Below, piece after piece: positions 1 to 8,448 of a stretch of 64,000 nt of DNA. Positions within the stretch are counted from its first letter, which is position 1, and every line of letters begins with the position of its first letter. The DNA comes from Nitrospirota bacterium (GTDB lineage: Bacteria; Nitrospirota; Nitrospiria; Nitrospirales; Nitrospiraceae), in contig CAVPBK010000006.1 of the NCBI GenBank assembly GCA_963701855.1, positions 288,001 to 352,000 of the forward strand, given 5' to 3'. The notes under the pieces are model-generated. The model was not told the origin of the DNA. It worked only from the letters and a program-made list of their open reading frames with translations, and ran no database searches. The position numbers and the translations under genes were made by a program.

Positions 1-121
1 CCCTGACGCCTGCTTCTCCATCCTCAGCTTCCACCACATACCCCGCCTTCGACAAGATTAGACGCACCGATTTCCTGACATCCGCTTCGTCGTCCACGAC
101 CAACACTCTCCCTTCACTCAT
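1..121 (-). CDS. Response regulator receiver protein, N-terminal part (runs off the window)
   Basis: Manual translation from ATG at 121: MSEGRVLVVDDEADVRKSVRLILSKAGYVVEAEDGEAGVR, a typical CheY-like start. AGAAGGAG RBS upstream. Confidence 0.85.
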   Translation of the reverse strand, partial: MSEGRVLVVDDEADVRKSVRLILSKAGYVVEAEDGEAGVR

Positions 122-539
122 ACAACGCTCCTTCTATGTCAATTGCGCACCTGGCTTGCTGCGTTTCATCAATGATGCAGGTACCCCGACACGGTGCCAG
201 ATTCCATCACGGAGCCTTTCCTCACACGCAATTCTCATTGCCAGGATTCGCGAGGCGATGACCCCACCGAGGAAACCGATGGAGTTCCAGTTAAGATCGT
301 GTTAACGGTGGGGAGGTCGCGTGTAGGATCATGCCCAGAGAGGCAAATTTTACAACGTCCTTCAGCATCCGCTCCGCATCCAACCTAAATTTCCTCGTCC
401 TGATGTAGGAAATGGTGCAGATGCTCGGCGTGGATCACGGCTTCGAGTTGCTCCCTCGCGTCCTCGATTCGATCCTGCTACTTCTACATTCGCCAAGAAC
501 ATGCGCGCGTTAGGGACATTCACGTAGACAAGACTTGAA

Positions 540-593
540 TTTACGCAACGATAACAAGTCTCTAACCGCAGCGCAATGCTGGCCTGGTAGAAT
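540..593 (+). promoter_or_regulatory. 11-bp-periodic direct-repeat box plus extended -10, upstream of the CBS gene
   Basis: TTTACG(540), ATAACA(551), CTAACC(562), GCAATG(573); TGnTAGAAT with the hexamer at 588, 15 bp after the last unit start. Confidence 0.55.
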
Positions 594-634
594 CATGCCA
601 ATACAAAATAATCAATATTTAAGGAGGAGAAAAG

Positions 635-1018
635 ATGGTTACAGTCAGCCAACTCATGAAACGGGACCTCGTGACGGTGGACTCCGGCACCTCAGTCGTC
701 GAAGCTGCCAAATTGATGAAAGCCTGCAATGTGGGCTTCGTGTTGGTCGCCCACGATCACCAGATCATCGGCATCGTCACGGAGTCGGATGTGGTGAGAA
801 AATTCGTGGGAGCCGACAGGGGACCCTACTTTGTTCCCGTCGAAGACATCATGAGCAGTCCGATCGTCGGAATAGAAGAACGCCGCCCGCTCACTGAAGC
901 GGCAGACCTCATGAATAGGCATCAGACGCACCACCTGGGCGTCACCAAGAGTGGGACGGTGATTGGCATCCTCTCCGTCCGCGATTTGCTCCATCCTGTC
1001 TCCATCGACGAATTCTAG
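635..1018 (+). CDS. CBS domain (tandem CBS pair) protein
   Basis: 127 aa: VSQLMKRDLVTV...IIGIVTESDV and VEDIMSSPIV...VIGILSVRDLL. AGGAGG RBS. Confidence 0.9.
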   Translation: MVTVSQLMKRDLVTVDSGTSVVEAAKLMKACNVGFVLVAHDHQIIGIVTESDVVRKFVGADRGPYFVPVEDIMSSPIVGIEERRPLTEAADLMNRHQTHHLGVTKSGTVIGILSVRDLLHPVSIDEF

Positions 1019-1092
1019 CCGTCAACCTCCTAATCAACTTTCCTGATCCCTCGTTTCCACCGCATTCGATGCGGAGGAGACGGGGCTCGCTT

Positions 1093-1220
1093 TTGTTTGT
1101 CTTGTTCATTTGGTCTGTTCGGTCTATCTGGTCTGTCTCGTGTATTTGGTTGTTTGGTTGCTCTGGGTCGAACAACAAACACGATAGGCCGGATCAACCA
1201 GATGGACCAGATGGACCAGA
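1093..1220. repeat. Degenerate 9-bp tandem repeats arranged as two inverted arms (9-mer family)
   Basis: Left arm TTTGGTCTG/TTCGGTCTA/TCTGGTCTG; right arm TCAACCAGA/TGGACCAGA/TGGACCAGA, ending at the regulator stop codon. Confidence 0.8.
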
Positions 1221-1907
1221 CTAGGCTCGCAGCTTGTATCCCACACCCCTGACGGTCAAGATGAAGGTCGGACTGGAGGGGTTCTGCTCGATCTTCTGCC
1301 GGAGCGAATGAATATGCACATCGAGCGCGTGCTCTTCGAGCGCATATCCTTCTCCCCAGACCCGGTTGAGCATCTCCTGGCGAGAGAACACGCGGCGAGG
1401 TGATTCGAGGAACTGCTTGAGGATCTGGAATTCTTTTGGGGTCAGATCGATGGCATGGCCGTTGACCAGGACTTCGTGACGATCGAGGTCCATCCGAAGA
1501 TTCCCCGCGTGATATTGGGTGTTCGTCTCGACGCCGGCGTCTCGGCGTCGAAGGATGGCGCGCACACGGGCGACCAGCTCACGGATACTCTGGCCGCACA
1601 CGATCAAATCTACATCCTCATCATATCCTAGAAGACAGTTCTCATCCTGGCAGGAGATGCTTCCCTCCTGCACCGCGACGATTGGAACCGTGTTCAGCGC
1701 GCTGACCCGACGAAAATTGGCGATGGAACTGGAGTGTAGGTCGAGAATAATCAAGGATGGCGCGTTCGTTTTTGCCTCTATGAGAGCAAGAGACTCCGTG
1801 GTCACCGCCGTGCCGCGATACCCACTCGTTTCCAGCGCCTTCTGCAACGACTGCGCGAAGGACTCGGATTTCAGAAAGATGATCACCGAATTGCGTACAC
1901 TTGTCAT
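1221..1907 (-). CDS. OmpR/PhoB-family response regulator with a degenerate receiver domain
   Basis: C-terminal winged helix LTPKEFQILKQFLESPRRVFSRQEMLNRVWG...LDVHIHSLRQKIE...ILTVRGVGYKL. Start taken at MTSVRN (1907); the ORF track extends to 1961. Confidence 0.9.
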   Translation of the reverse strand: MTSVRNSVIIFLKSESFAQSLQKALETSGYRGTAVTTESLALIEAKTNAPSLIILDLHSSSIANFRRVSALNTVPIVAVQEGSISCQDENCLLGYDEDVDLIVCGQSIRELVARVRAILRRRDAGVETNTQYHAGNLRMDLDRHEVLVNGHAIDLTPKEFQILKQFLESPRRVFSRQEMLNRVWGEGYALEEHALDVHIHSLRQKIEQNPSSPTFILTVRGVGYKLRA

Positions 1908-1963
1908 GGATGAGTTACCAGTCAACATTGCATAGTCATCATCAACCAGGCTCAACAACAAAT

Positions 1964-1991
1964 CGTTACGCCGGTATTAATTGCTCGTTAA
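1964..1991 (-). promoter_or_regulatory. 11-bp-periodic box upstream of the response regulator
   Basis: Minus-strand TTAACG, TTAATA, GTAACG at exact 11-bp spacing. Confidence 0.55.
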
Positions 1992-2038
1992 ATCGAACAG
2001 GCACATGGTGACTCATTTGGCCCTGCACCTGGACGGAG

Positions 2039-2092
2039 TTAACACCGATTTAACAATTGATTGATCTCGTGGTAATGACACACTGGTATCCT
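2039..2092 (+). promoter_or_regulatory. Pho-box-like tandem repeats and -10 of pstS
   Basis: TTAACA(2039), TTAACA(2050), TTGATC(2061), GTAATG(2072); TGnTATCCT with the hexamer at 2087. Confidence 0.7.
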
Positions 2093-2112
2093 CTTTGCAG
2101 AAGGTTGAAAAG

Positions 2113-2222
2113 TCTATCCGGTCTGTTTGGTCTGTCTTGTTTATTTGGTTAAACCAGACAAACAAAACAAACCAGATCAACCAGCCAGACTAGATGAACC
2201 AGATCACCAGATAAACCGGACA
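2113..2222. repeat. 9-mer inverted tandem-repeat element in the pstS leader
   Basis: TCCGGTCTG TTTGGTCTG TCTTGTTTA TTTGGTT / AAACCAGAC...AAACCAGAT CAACCAG...GAACCAGAT. Confidence 0.8.
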
Positions 2223-2258
2223 TTTTGGGGAATGAAGGGAATGGAGGTACGACAGAAC

Positions 2259-3308
2259 ATGACACAGTATCGCCGCCCGGCCTCGGTGGGTCTCGGCCTC
2301 TTTCTTGTGCTGCTCTTTGCGGTAGCCTTCCAAGTCTCTGGTCAAGTCATGCCCTCGCTGGATCCCAAGATCCCTCCCTATCAGCGCGTGAGCGAGCTGA
2401 CCGGCACGCTCGCCGTTGCAGGATCGGACACCATGAAACCGTTGACAGAATCATGGTCGGCAAAACTCAAACAGCTATATCCCGGCCTCTCGATCAAAGT
2501 GGAAAGCAGAGGATCCGAGACAGGGCTGGATGCGCTGCTGGAAGGGAAAGCCCAGATCGCCGCGATGTCTCGGCGTATGACGCAGCAGGAGGTCGTTGAT
2601 TTTAAGCGGGAATTCGGCTATGAACCGACTGAGGTTCCTGTTGCCGTGGATGCACTGGCCGTCTTCGTGCATAAAGACAACCCGATCGAGGGATTGTCTC
2701 TCGCTGAACTGGATGCCATCTTCTCCAAAGAACGGCGACGCGGGTTGGAATACCCTATCAAGCGGTGGGGCGACGCGATGGTGTTCGAAGAGGAATGGGC
2801 GGAAACGCCTATTCAGATCTACGGGCGGAATGGGAATTCCGGTACTGCGTTATTCTTCAGAGAACACGTCTTGAACGGGGCTGATTTTAGGAAGCCCATG
2901 ACGGTGGGCGTCGGGTCGGCCTCGGTCGTGATTGAACTGATGAAGGATCGATTCGGAATCGGATTCAGCAGCATCGGCTATCGGACATCAGACCTCCGAC
3001 CTGTCCCCTTGGCAACGGTCAAGGGTGGACGGTATGTGACGCCGACCTTTGAGACGGCAATGGATGGGTCCTATCCTTTGAGACGCAACCTATATCTCTA
3101 TATCAACCGGCCGCCGAAAGTCGCACCGCCAGGGCCGCTCGCGGAGTATGTGAAATTCGCACTGAGCCAACGAGGACAGAAAATTGTCTTGGACCAAGGG
3201 TATTATCCGCTCCCAACGATAGAACTAGACCGACTGATCAAGATGTGGACGCCCCCTGTGTCTGTGCGAACCGCAGCCGCTGAAGAACCAGCCAAGACCC
3301 AGAACTAG
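2259..3308 (+). CDS. pstS: Phosphate ABC transporter substrate-binding protein
   Basis: Signal peptide; motifs AGSDTM, GSETG, AAMSR, VAVDALAVFVHKDNP, GRNGNSGT, IGFSSIGY, YPLRRNLYLY. GGAGG RBS before ATG 2259. Confidence 0.92.
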   Translation: MTQYRRPASVGLGLFLVLLFAVAFQVSGQVMPSLDPKIPPYQRVSELTGTLAVAGSDTMKPLTESWSAKLKQLYPGLSIKVESRGSETGLDALLEGKAQIAAMSRRMTQQEVVDFKREFGYEPTEVPVAVDALAVFVHKDNPIEGLSLAELDAIFSKERRRGLEYPIKRWGDAMVFEEEWAETPIQIYGRNGNSGTALFFREHVLNGADFRKPMTVGVGSASVVIELMKDRFGIGFSSIGYRTSDLRPVPLATVKGGRYVTPTFETAMDGSYPLRRNLYLYINRPPKVAPPGPLAEYVKFALSQRGQKIVLDQGYYPLPTIELDRLIKMWTPPVSVRTAAAEEPAKTQN

Positions 3309-3410
3309 ACTGATCTGTCTAGTTGATCTGGTCTGTCTTGCCTATTCGGTCTATCTCGTGTATTTGGTTGAATGAACTCAACCAGATAGACCAAATGAAC
3401 AAGAGAGACT
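3305..3410. repeat. 9-mer inverted tandem-repeat element
   Basis: TCTGGTCTG...TTCGGTCTA TCTCGTGTA TTTGGTTGA / TCAACCAGA TAGACCAAA TGAACAAGA, starting at the pstS stop codon. Confidence 0.8.
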
Positions 3411-3456
3411 GCTGTTCCATTCAACATCATGCCAAGGTACACACACGGACCCTCCC

Positions 3457-4158
3457 ATGAGCCGACTCATCTGCCTGGCTTTTCTTGCCTCCGTCGGCGT
3501 CGGACTGATCGGTGCCTGTAGCCCTAGACAATTCACCACCGTCACGATTTACGACAAACCCGATGCCTTTGTCCGGTTGGAGTTTGATCGGACAGTAACG
3601 AAGGGAGCAGAGCACTCGCATCCGATCTCGCTCAAAGCCGAACAAATCGCCGCGGTCCTGAGCGGGGTGAGGATTCATGAGCCCATTCCCCTGGCTCAGG
3701 GTGATATCCTACAGCGAGATCATATTCCGCGCATCCATCCGGCCTTCTCTGATAAAGAAATAGAGCTCTTCGCGCCGCTGTTCGCTCAGGCCCTCAGCAA
3801 GGCAACGCCGGAAGAAGTCGTCACCTTCTATCAGACTCGAGACATTTCAGCCATCACGCGAGAAGTCACGTCCGGAGGGCTATATGTCCAAGGCGATGAA
3901 CTGCATCTGATTCTCGCGAACTACCGGTCGCATACCCGCTATATGGCCGACTTCGGTGTCGCCGAAACACAGGACGACCGGCTCACGCCGATGCAATCGT
4001 TGGCCCCACAAGATGGCCGTCTTGAGTTTGAGCCGGACTCAGCCAAACGGGAACAACCTGCTGGAGGGTTGGGAAAACTCTTTCAATGGAATCATCGCGA
4101 ACTGGCGGTGCTGTATAAACAACTGCCTCCCCGCCCCTTGGTTCAGCCAGCCCCTTAA
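3457..4158 (+). CDS. Hypothetical lipoprotein
   Basis: 233 aa with a hydrophobic N-terminus and lipobox LIGAC; co-oriented after pstS. Confidence 0.75.
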   Translation: MSRLICLAFLASVGVGLIGACSPRQFTTVTIYDKPDAFVRLEFDRTVTKGAEHSHPISLKAEQIAAVLSGVRIHEPIPLAQGDILQRDHIPRIHPAFSDKEIELFAPLFAQALSKATPEEVVTFYQTRDISAITREVTSGGLYVQGDELHLILANYRSHTRYMADFGVAETQDDRLTPMQSLAPQDGRLEFEPDSAKREQPAGGLGKLFQWNHRELAVLYKQLPPRPLVQPAP

Positions 4159-4294
4159 GCTGCCACAGTCCCCTAGCTGGCGGCTCTAGGCAGTCTGCTG
4201 GCAAATCTGGCGCAGGACGTACGAGAAAAGCCAGTGGTCAAGCACTCATTCTGCCAAGTTGCGCCTCTCTCACTCATCTCGCCTGTCTCGCGGA

Positions 4295-5737
4295 CTAAAA
4301 ACTCCATTGGAGTTGGAACCTGACCAAGTTGCCGGTTTGGAGCTGGTAGGGGGTCTGGCTGCACGAGACCTGCGAGGAGGAAGTGCCGCAGAAGCTATTG
4401 GCAGGAAGGGTGGCCGAATCCCCCGAGGTTCGCTGCGTCCATGAATAGGCAACGGTCAATTCGAGCGAGCGATTGAACTGATACTCGAGCCCCAGTTCTG
4501 TTTCCCGCACCGACTGCTGAGGCGCATTACTCTGAAGCTTCTGGCCGCCGAAATATTCTTGCGTGCGTACATACGGAAAGATGCTCTGGCAATAGGTGTC
4601 GCATTTGTAGTTGTAATACAATTGAACATACCCGCCGTGCAAGGAGCCGAGTTCCACCGCCGTCCGATCGTTATTCAGTTGAGGCCCCCTCCCAATCAGA
4701 TACTCCGCCTGAAGGCCGAACGGTTGCGGAAAGACGATAAGATTCCAAGTGACCCGTTCGTCGAGATAATTCCCATTGTTCGTGGCTAGAGGCGAAACCG
4801 GGACTCCATCCGTTGAATTGGTGGGCACGACAGGAGAGGTTGACACGACGATTTCACCCGTATAGGCGTCCATCCCGACCTGGACGATTTGACCGTTGGA
4901 AAACTCATGGGGATACGCCGAGTGAAATACCACATGCTTGTTTTTGTTCGCATCTTGCTGATCGATACCCTGACCATTGTAGACCCCGATGCCCAACATG
5001 CCATAGTCGCCTGACCCTTTGAGGCCGCTCTCCACCAACCGCCGGAACCGCTCGCGCACCACGGTCGGCGCGTAATAGAGAAAGACGCCCAGATTGCGCT
5101 CATTCGGGACTGCGCTAAAGGTCGCATCATTGCGGTCGAACGCCAGCCGGTTTTGGCTTGACTGCACGGTCTCGAATCCAAACGGTATCTTCGACTGCCC
5201 GGGCCGGATCCGCCATTCTTTGTTCGCTGTGAGATAGATATCGGCATAGGCATCTCTCAGTACCACCGTGCCTTCATTATTGTTGCCTTGCACATTGTTG
5301 ACGAAGCCTGCGAATTCACCCTGCAGATAGACGAATACGCGATCGTGAGGCTGGCCGCTCACAATGAGGCGGGCGCGGCGCAGAAAGAACTCGTTGTTCT
5401 TGACGATCGAGCGATCACCCGGGGAAGTCAGGTTCTCACTATTTGGCGTGGAACTGTAGCGGAATTGGGTATAGCCCCTGATACTGATCTTTTCATACCA
5501 TCGTTCCCGGACAGGCACATCGCCAATCCCCCGGCTTTCTTCCATGACCTTCGCTTCCCGTTTCTCTTCCTCCGCTTTCAGCCGGACCCACTGATCGAAG
5601 GTGATCTGCTTATTCTCCAGGAGGACGTCCTCAGTCGGACCTCCCCAGCCATCATTCCACCAGCACAAAGAAAGCAGGGTGGCGATGAGAGCAATCTTAA
5701 ACGTTCCTCTCATTGCCCCAAAAAACCAATCGCACAT
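4295..5737 (-). CDS. Phosphate-selective porin O/P (OprO/OprP-like)
   Basis: Signal peptide; IRGYTQFRY, FFLRRARL, LRDAYAD, GQSKIPFGFETVQSS, GVYNGQG; C-terminal FQLQWSF. Start uncertain (5737 or 5713). Confidence 0.85.
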   Translation of the reverse strand: MCDWFFGAMRGTFKIALIATLLSLCWWNDGWGGPTEDVLLENKQITFDQWVRLKAEEEKREAKVMEESRGIGDVPVRERWYEKISIRGYTQFRYSSTPNSENLTSPGDRSIVKNNEFFLRRARLIVSGQPHDRVFVYLQGEFAGFVNNVQGNNNEGTVVLRDAYADIYLTANKEWRIRPGQSKIPFGFETVQSSQNRLAFDRNDATFSAVPNERNLGVFLYYAPTVVRERFRRLVESGLKGSGDYGMLGIGVYNGQGIDQQDANKNKHVVFHSAYPHEFSNGQIVQVGMDAYTGEIVVSTSPVVPTNSTDGVPVSPLATNNGNYLDERVTWNLIVFPQPFGLQAEYLIGRGPQLNNDRTAVELGSLHGGYVQLYYNYKCDTYCQSIFPYVRTQEYFGGQKLQSNAPQQSVRETELGLEYQFNRSLELTVAYSWTQRTSGDSATLPANSFCGTSSSQVSCSQTPYQLQTGNLVRFQLQWSF

Positions 5738-5783
5738 GCATCCTCCAAGCCTATGTAATAGCAACGAACCGAGCAACTAGGGG

Positions 5784-5837
5784 AGGATAGGGAGGAAGGG
5801 TTACAGGCAGGTTACGATGGGGTCCGGGATGGGTTAA
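5784..5837 (-). promoter_or_regulatory. Pho-box-like repeats and -10 of the porin gene
   Basis: Minus strand TTAACC, CGGACC, GTAACC, GTAACC at 11-bp period, then TATCCT 15 bp after the last unit, the same geometry as at pstS. Confidence 0.65.
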
Positions 5838-6030
5838 CTCGTGAAGGGCCGGAGTGGGCGAGGCAAGCGGGAGGAACGAGACTCGCGTGACGTACGCGAA
5901 ATGCGGGACGAGTGAGGGGGTCTTAAGACTGCAAGCTAACGTGTTCGGAACTTCGAGCCCAGATCTTCGAATTTCGTGTCGCGCCAGTCACGCTTTTCCT
6001 GCCAGTCTCGATCGTCTCGCTTAGCCCAGG

Positions 6031-7443
6031 TTAAGGCAGCCGACCACTCGACACCGCCGTGCCCCTGAATTGCTGCCAATTCTGCCTAAGAAACTTGAAC
6101 CAGGACAGTGGAAAGCCGGATGAGTCATTGACAGAGTCGACTCGACTGGCGATGTCTTTGAAATTGGGGTCGGCCTCATGAATTTCACGGTACTGCTCGT
6201 AGGCTTCATCGCGGTGGCCCAACGAATCCAGCGTCAGTGCCAGAACATAGCGGACATGCAGGATATCGCTCGTCTTTGCGCCATTGACGGCAAGAGCATG
6301 GCGAAATGACACGGCAGCGTCATCCAGCTTTCCGATCGCCCGCAAACAGAGTCCCCGTTGTGCCGAGGCCTTGAAGCGGTAGGCCTCGTCCCCTTCCGCC
6401 GCCTCGAATTTCTTTAGCGCCTCCCGATACGATCCCGCTTGTTTCAAGTCAAGCCCTTTTCCATACAACTCAGCGGCGGCATTCTCATGGACTGAAGCCA
6501 CAGGTGGTGCAGGAGTATCGTGTTGCACAAACACGGGAACCGGCACCGGCGTCGGCACATGCTCCTGATATTCCTGACTGAGCCGGGCCGGATCGAGGAG
6601 AATAGTCCTCGGATCGGCAACGGCCGGGAGGATGCCTCCTTGCGCACGATCAACGGCAGCCTGCAACAACAACGAAGCAGTAATGCGGTCAACCCCTTCC
6701 CCGAAGCCATACATGAGCGCCAGATCGCACAGTTGATTGATCAGGCGGGGATTGCCGCCACTGAGTTGATGGACCAGCGAACAGGCGTACTCCGTTAAGA
6801 GATCAGGCTCGCCCCCTGCCACGTGGAGCCGATGCTGCACGTAGGCGTTCGCTTCGTCTTCGTTGAGCGGCTCGAGCGCATAATCCACTGCCACGCGTTG
6901 AGCCAATTGCTGCATGTCGCTTCTGGTGAGCAGTGTGCGAAGGTTGGGCTGTCCCGCCAAAATGATTTGTATACTGCTCTGTCGGCCGTCATTGATGTTG
7001 GACAGGAGACGGAGGTCTTCCAGCATTTGGATGTTGAGGTTTTGGGCCTCATCGACGACGAGGAGTACTTGCTGCCCCGCGGCAAAGGATCGCCCGAGAA
7101 ACGCTGTGAGCGCCCGGAAGTAACCGACCGTATCCTGGCCGGGACAATCCAGTCCGAACGCATCAACCACCCATGGCAGGAGGCTGCCGGCGTCCGGATG
7201 GGTCGTCGTAATGACTCCAATGGTAATCGAATACTGCCCCCTGCTCTGGTCAAGAACCTTGTTCAACAGTGTCGTCTTGCCGGTCCCCGGCTCTCCTGTC
7301 AGTACCGTGAACACCGCGCGGTTGAAGAGTCCGTACTCCAGGAGATTCAATCCCTTCTTATGCCGGGTGCTCAAAAAAAGGAACTCGGGGTCCGGCAACA
7401 ACGAAAACGGTTTTGTGCGGAACTTATAGAATGACTGGTACAT
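6031..7443 (-). CDS. ExeA-like AAA ATPase of PEP-CTERM/exosortase loci, with C-terminal TPR repeats
   Basis: MYQSFYKFRTKPFSLLPDPEFLF, Walker A GEPGTGKTT, Walker B VVDEAQ, GGNPRLIN; helical TPR-like tail. Confidence 0.88.
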   Translation of the reverse strand: MYQSFYKFRTKPFSLLPDPEFLFLSTRHKKGLNLLEYGLFNRAVFTVLTGEPGTGKTTLLNKVLDQSRGQYSITIGVITTTHPDAGSLLPWVVDAFGLDCPGQDTVGYFRALTAFLGRSFAAGQQVLLVVDEAQNLNIQMLEDLRLLSNINDGRQSSIQIILAGQPNLRTLLTRSDMQQLAQRVAVDYALEPLNEDEANAYVQHRLHVAGGEPDLLTEYACSLVHQLSGGNPRLINQLCDLALMYGFGEGVDRITASLLLQAAVDRAQGGILPAVADPRTILLDPARLSQEYQEHVPTPVPVPVFVQHDTPAPPVASVHENAAAELYGKGLDLKQAGSYREALKKFEAAEGDEAYRFKASAQRGLCLRAIGKLDDAAVSFRHALAVNGAKTSDILHVRYVLALTLDSLGHRDEAYEQYREIHEADPNFKDIASRVDSVNDSSGFPLSWFKFLRQNWQQFRGTAVSSGRLP

Positions 7444-7450
7444 GAAGTGC

Positions 7451-8299
7451 CTACCTTCTCTGTTTCGCATCCCCCACATTCATACGCTTCATTTTGGACA
7501 GGCTGAGTTGATCGCGGCCGACTTTATTCAAAACGGTTCCCAGGATCGGGACGCTGCCTTTTAAGATCTGCATGGCCTGCTGGAGTTCAGGCTCCGTGGT
7601 CTTGCCATCCTCCACAACCAGAAGCAGCGCGTCCAATTGGGGAGTGAAGGCCAGCGCATCCGCCTGGCCGAGAACCGGCGGAAGATCGAAAATCACGATG
7701 CGAGACGCGTAACGACTTTTTAACTCTTTTCCGAGCGCACTCATGCGCGGGGAAGTGAGAACTTCGGCAGACTGGTCCGTCCCCCGCCCACCCGGCAACA
7801 GGATCAGTCGACCTAGACCCGGATAGACTAACATGTCCTCGATCGACCGGCCGTCCAGCAGAAACTCCGTCAGTCCCTCGCAGGATTCCAACCCAAGCTC
7901 CTCATGAAGGTGCGGAGCGCGAAGATCGGCATCCACCAGGAGAACCGTGAGAGTGGGCTCGGCCGCCAGGGCGATGGCCAGGTTAATCGACGTGAGGGTC
8001 TTGCCTTCTCCGTCCTTAGGGCTGGTGATGCCCAACGCATTCCATTTATTTTCGCGTAATCGATGAATCACCTGAGTCCTGAGGACTTTGTAGGCATCCG
8101 AAAACTGGTTCGAATCTCGGCCGGTGAGAATGCGATGGCGTCGCAAAATCTCGTCGGGAATCACGACCGAACGGGTCCGCGAATAGATTACGGTCGGCGG
8201 TGCGGCCACCTGTGACGCGTTCGGCTTAGGAGGCACGTGCGGGGCATCGTGTTGCTCCTTAAATCGATCCATCGCACTCTGCAGTTTGTCTTTGATCAT
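7451..8299 (-). CDS. CpsD/CapB-family tyrosine kinase (Wzc kinase domain)
   Basis: DAYKVLRT, ITSPKDGEGKT, LLVDADLRAP, IFDLPP, GTVLNK. Confidence 0.9.
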   Translation of the reverse strand: MIKDKLQSAMDRFKEQHDAPHVPPKPNASQVAAPPTVIYSRTRSVVIPDEILRRHRILTGRDSNQFSDAYKVLRTQVIHRLRENKWNALGITSPKDGEGKTLTSINLAIALAAEPTLTVLLVDADLRAPHLHEELGLESCEGLTEFLLDGRSIEDMLVYPGLGRLILLPGGRGTDQSAEVLTSPRMSALGKELKSRYASRIVIFDLPPVLGQADALAFTPQLDALLLVVEDGKTTEPELQQAMQILKGSVPILGTVLNKVGRDQLSLSKMKRMNVGDAKQRR

Positions 8300-8328
8300 G
8301 AGGGGAATATCTCTTCCTTCGTAGGTAC

Positions 8329-8437
8329 TCAGGGGTTCAGGTGAAGGCTGAAGGTATAAATGATCGCGCAAGACACGGACCAAACCATTCAACATCGTCG
8401 AAGCCTAATCCCTATAAGCCTTCAGCCTATCTACCTG
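8329..8437. repeat. GGCTGAAG-family inverted tandem-repeat element
   Basis: TCAGGGGTTCAGGTGAAGGCTGAAGG ... CCTTCAGCCTATCTACCTGA; homologous copy at 16184-16323. Confidence 0.7.
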
Positions 8438-8448
8438 AGTCGTTAGCT

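Noticed and set aside
942..1178. Short ORFs with DQIDRTDQ/NQINEINQ periodicity (also 23063-23369, 24801-24986, 57367-57796 and the N-extensions of pstS and wecB)
   Set aside because: These are translations of the 9-bp repeat elements, not plausible proteins.
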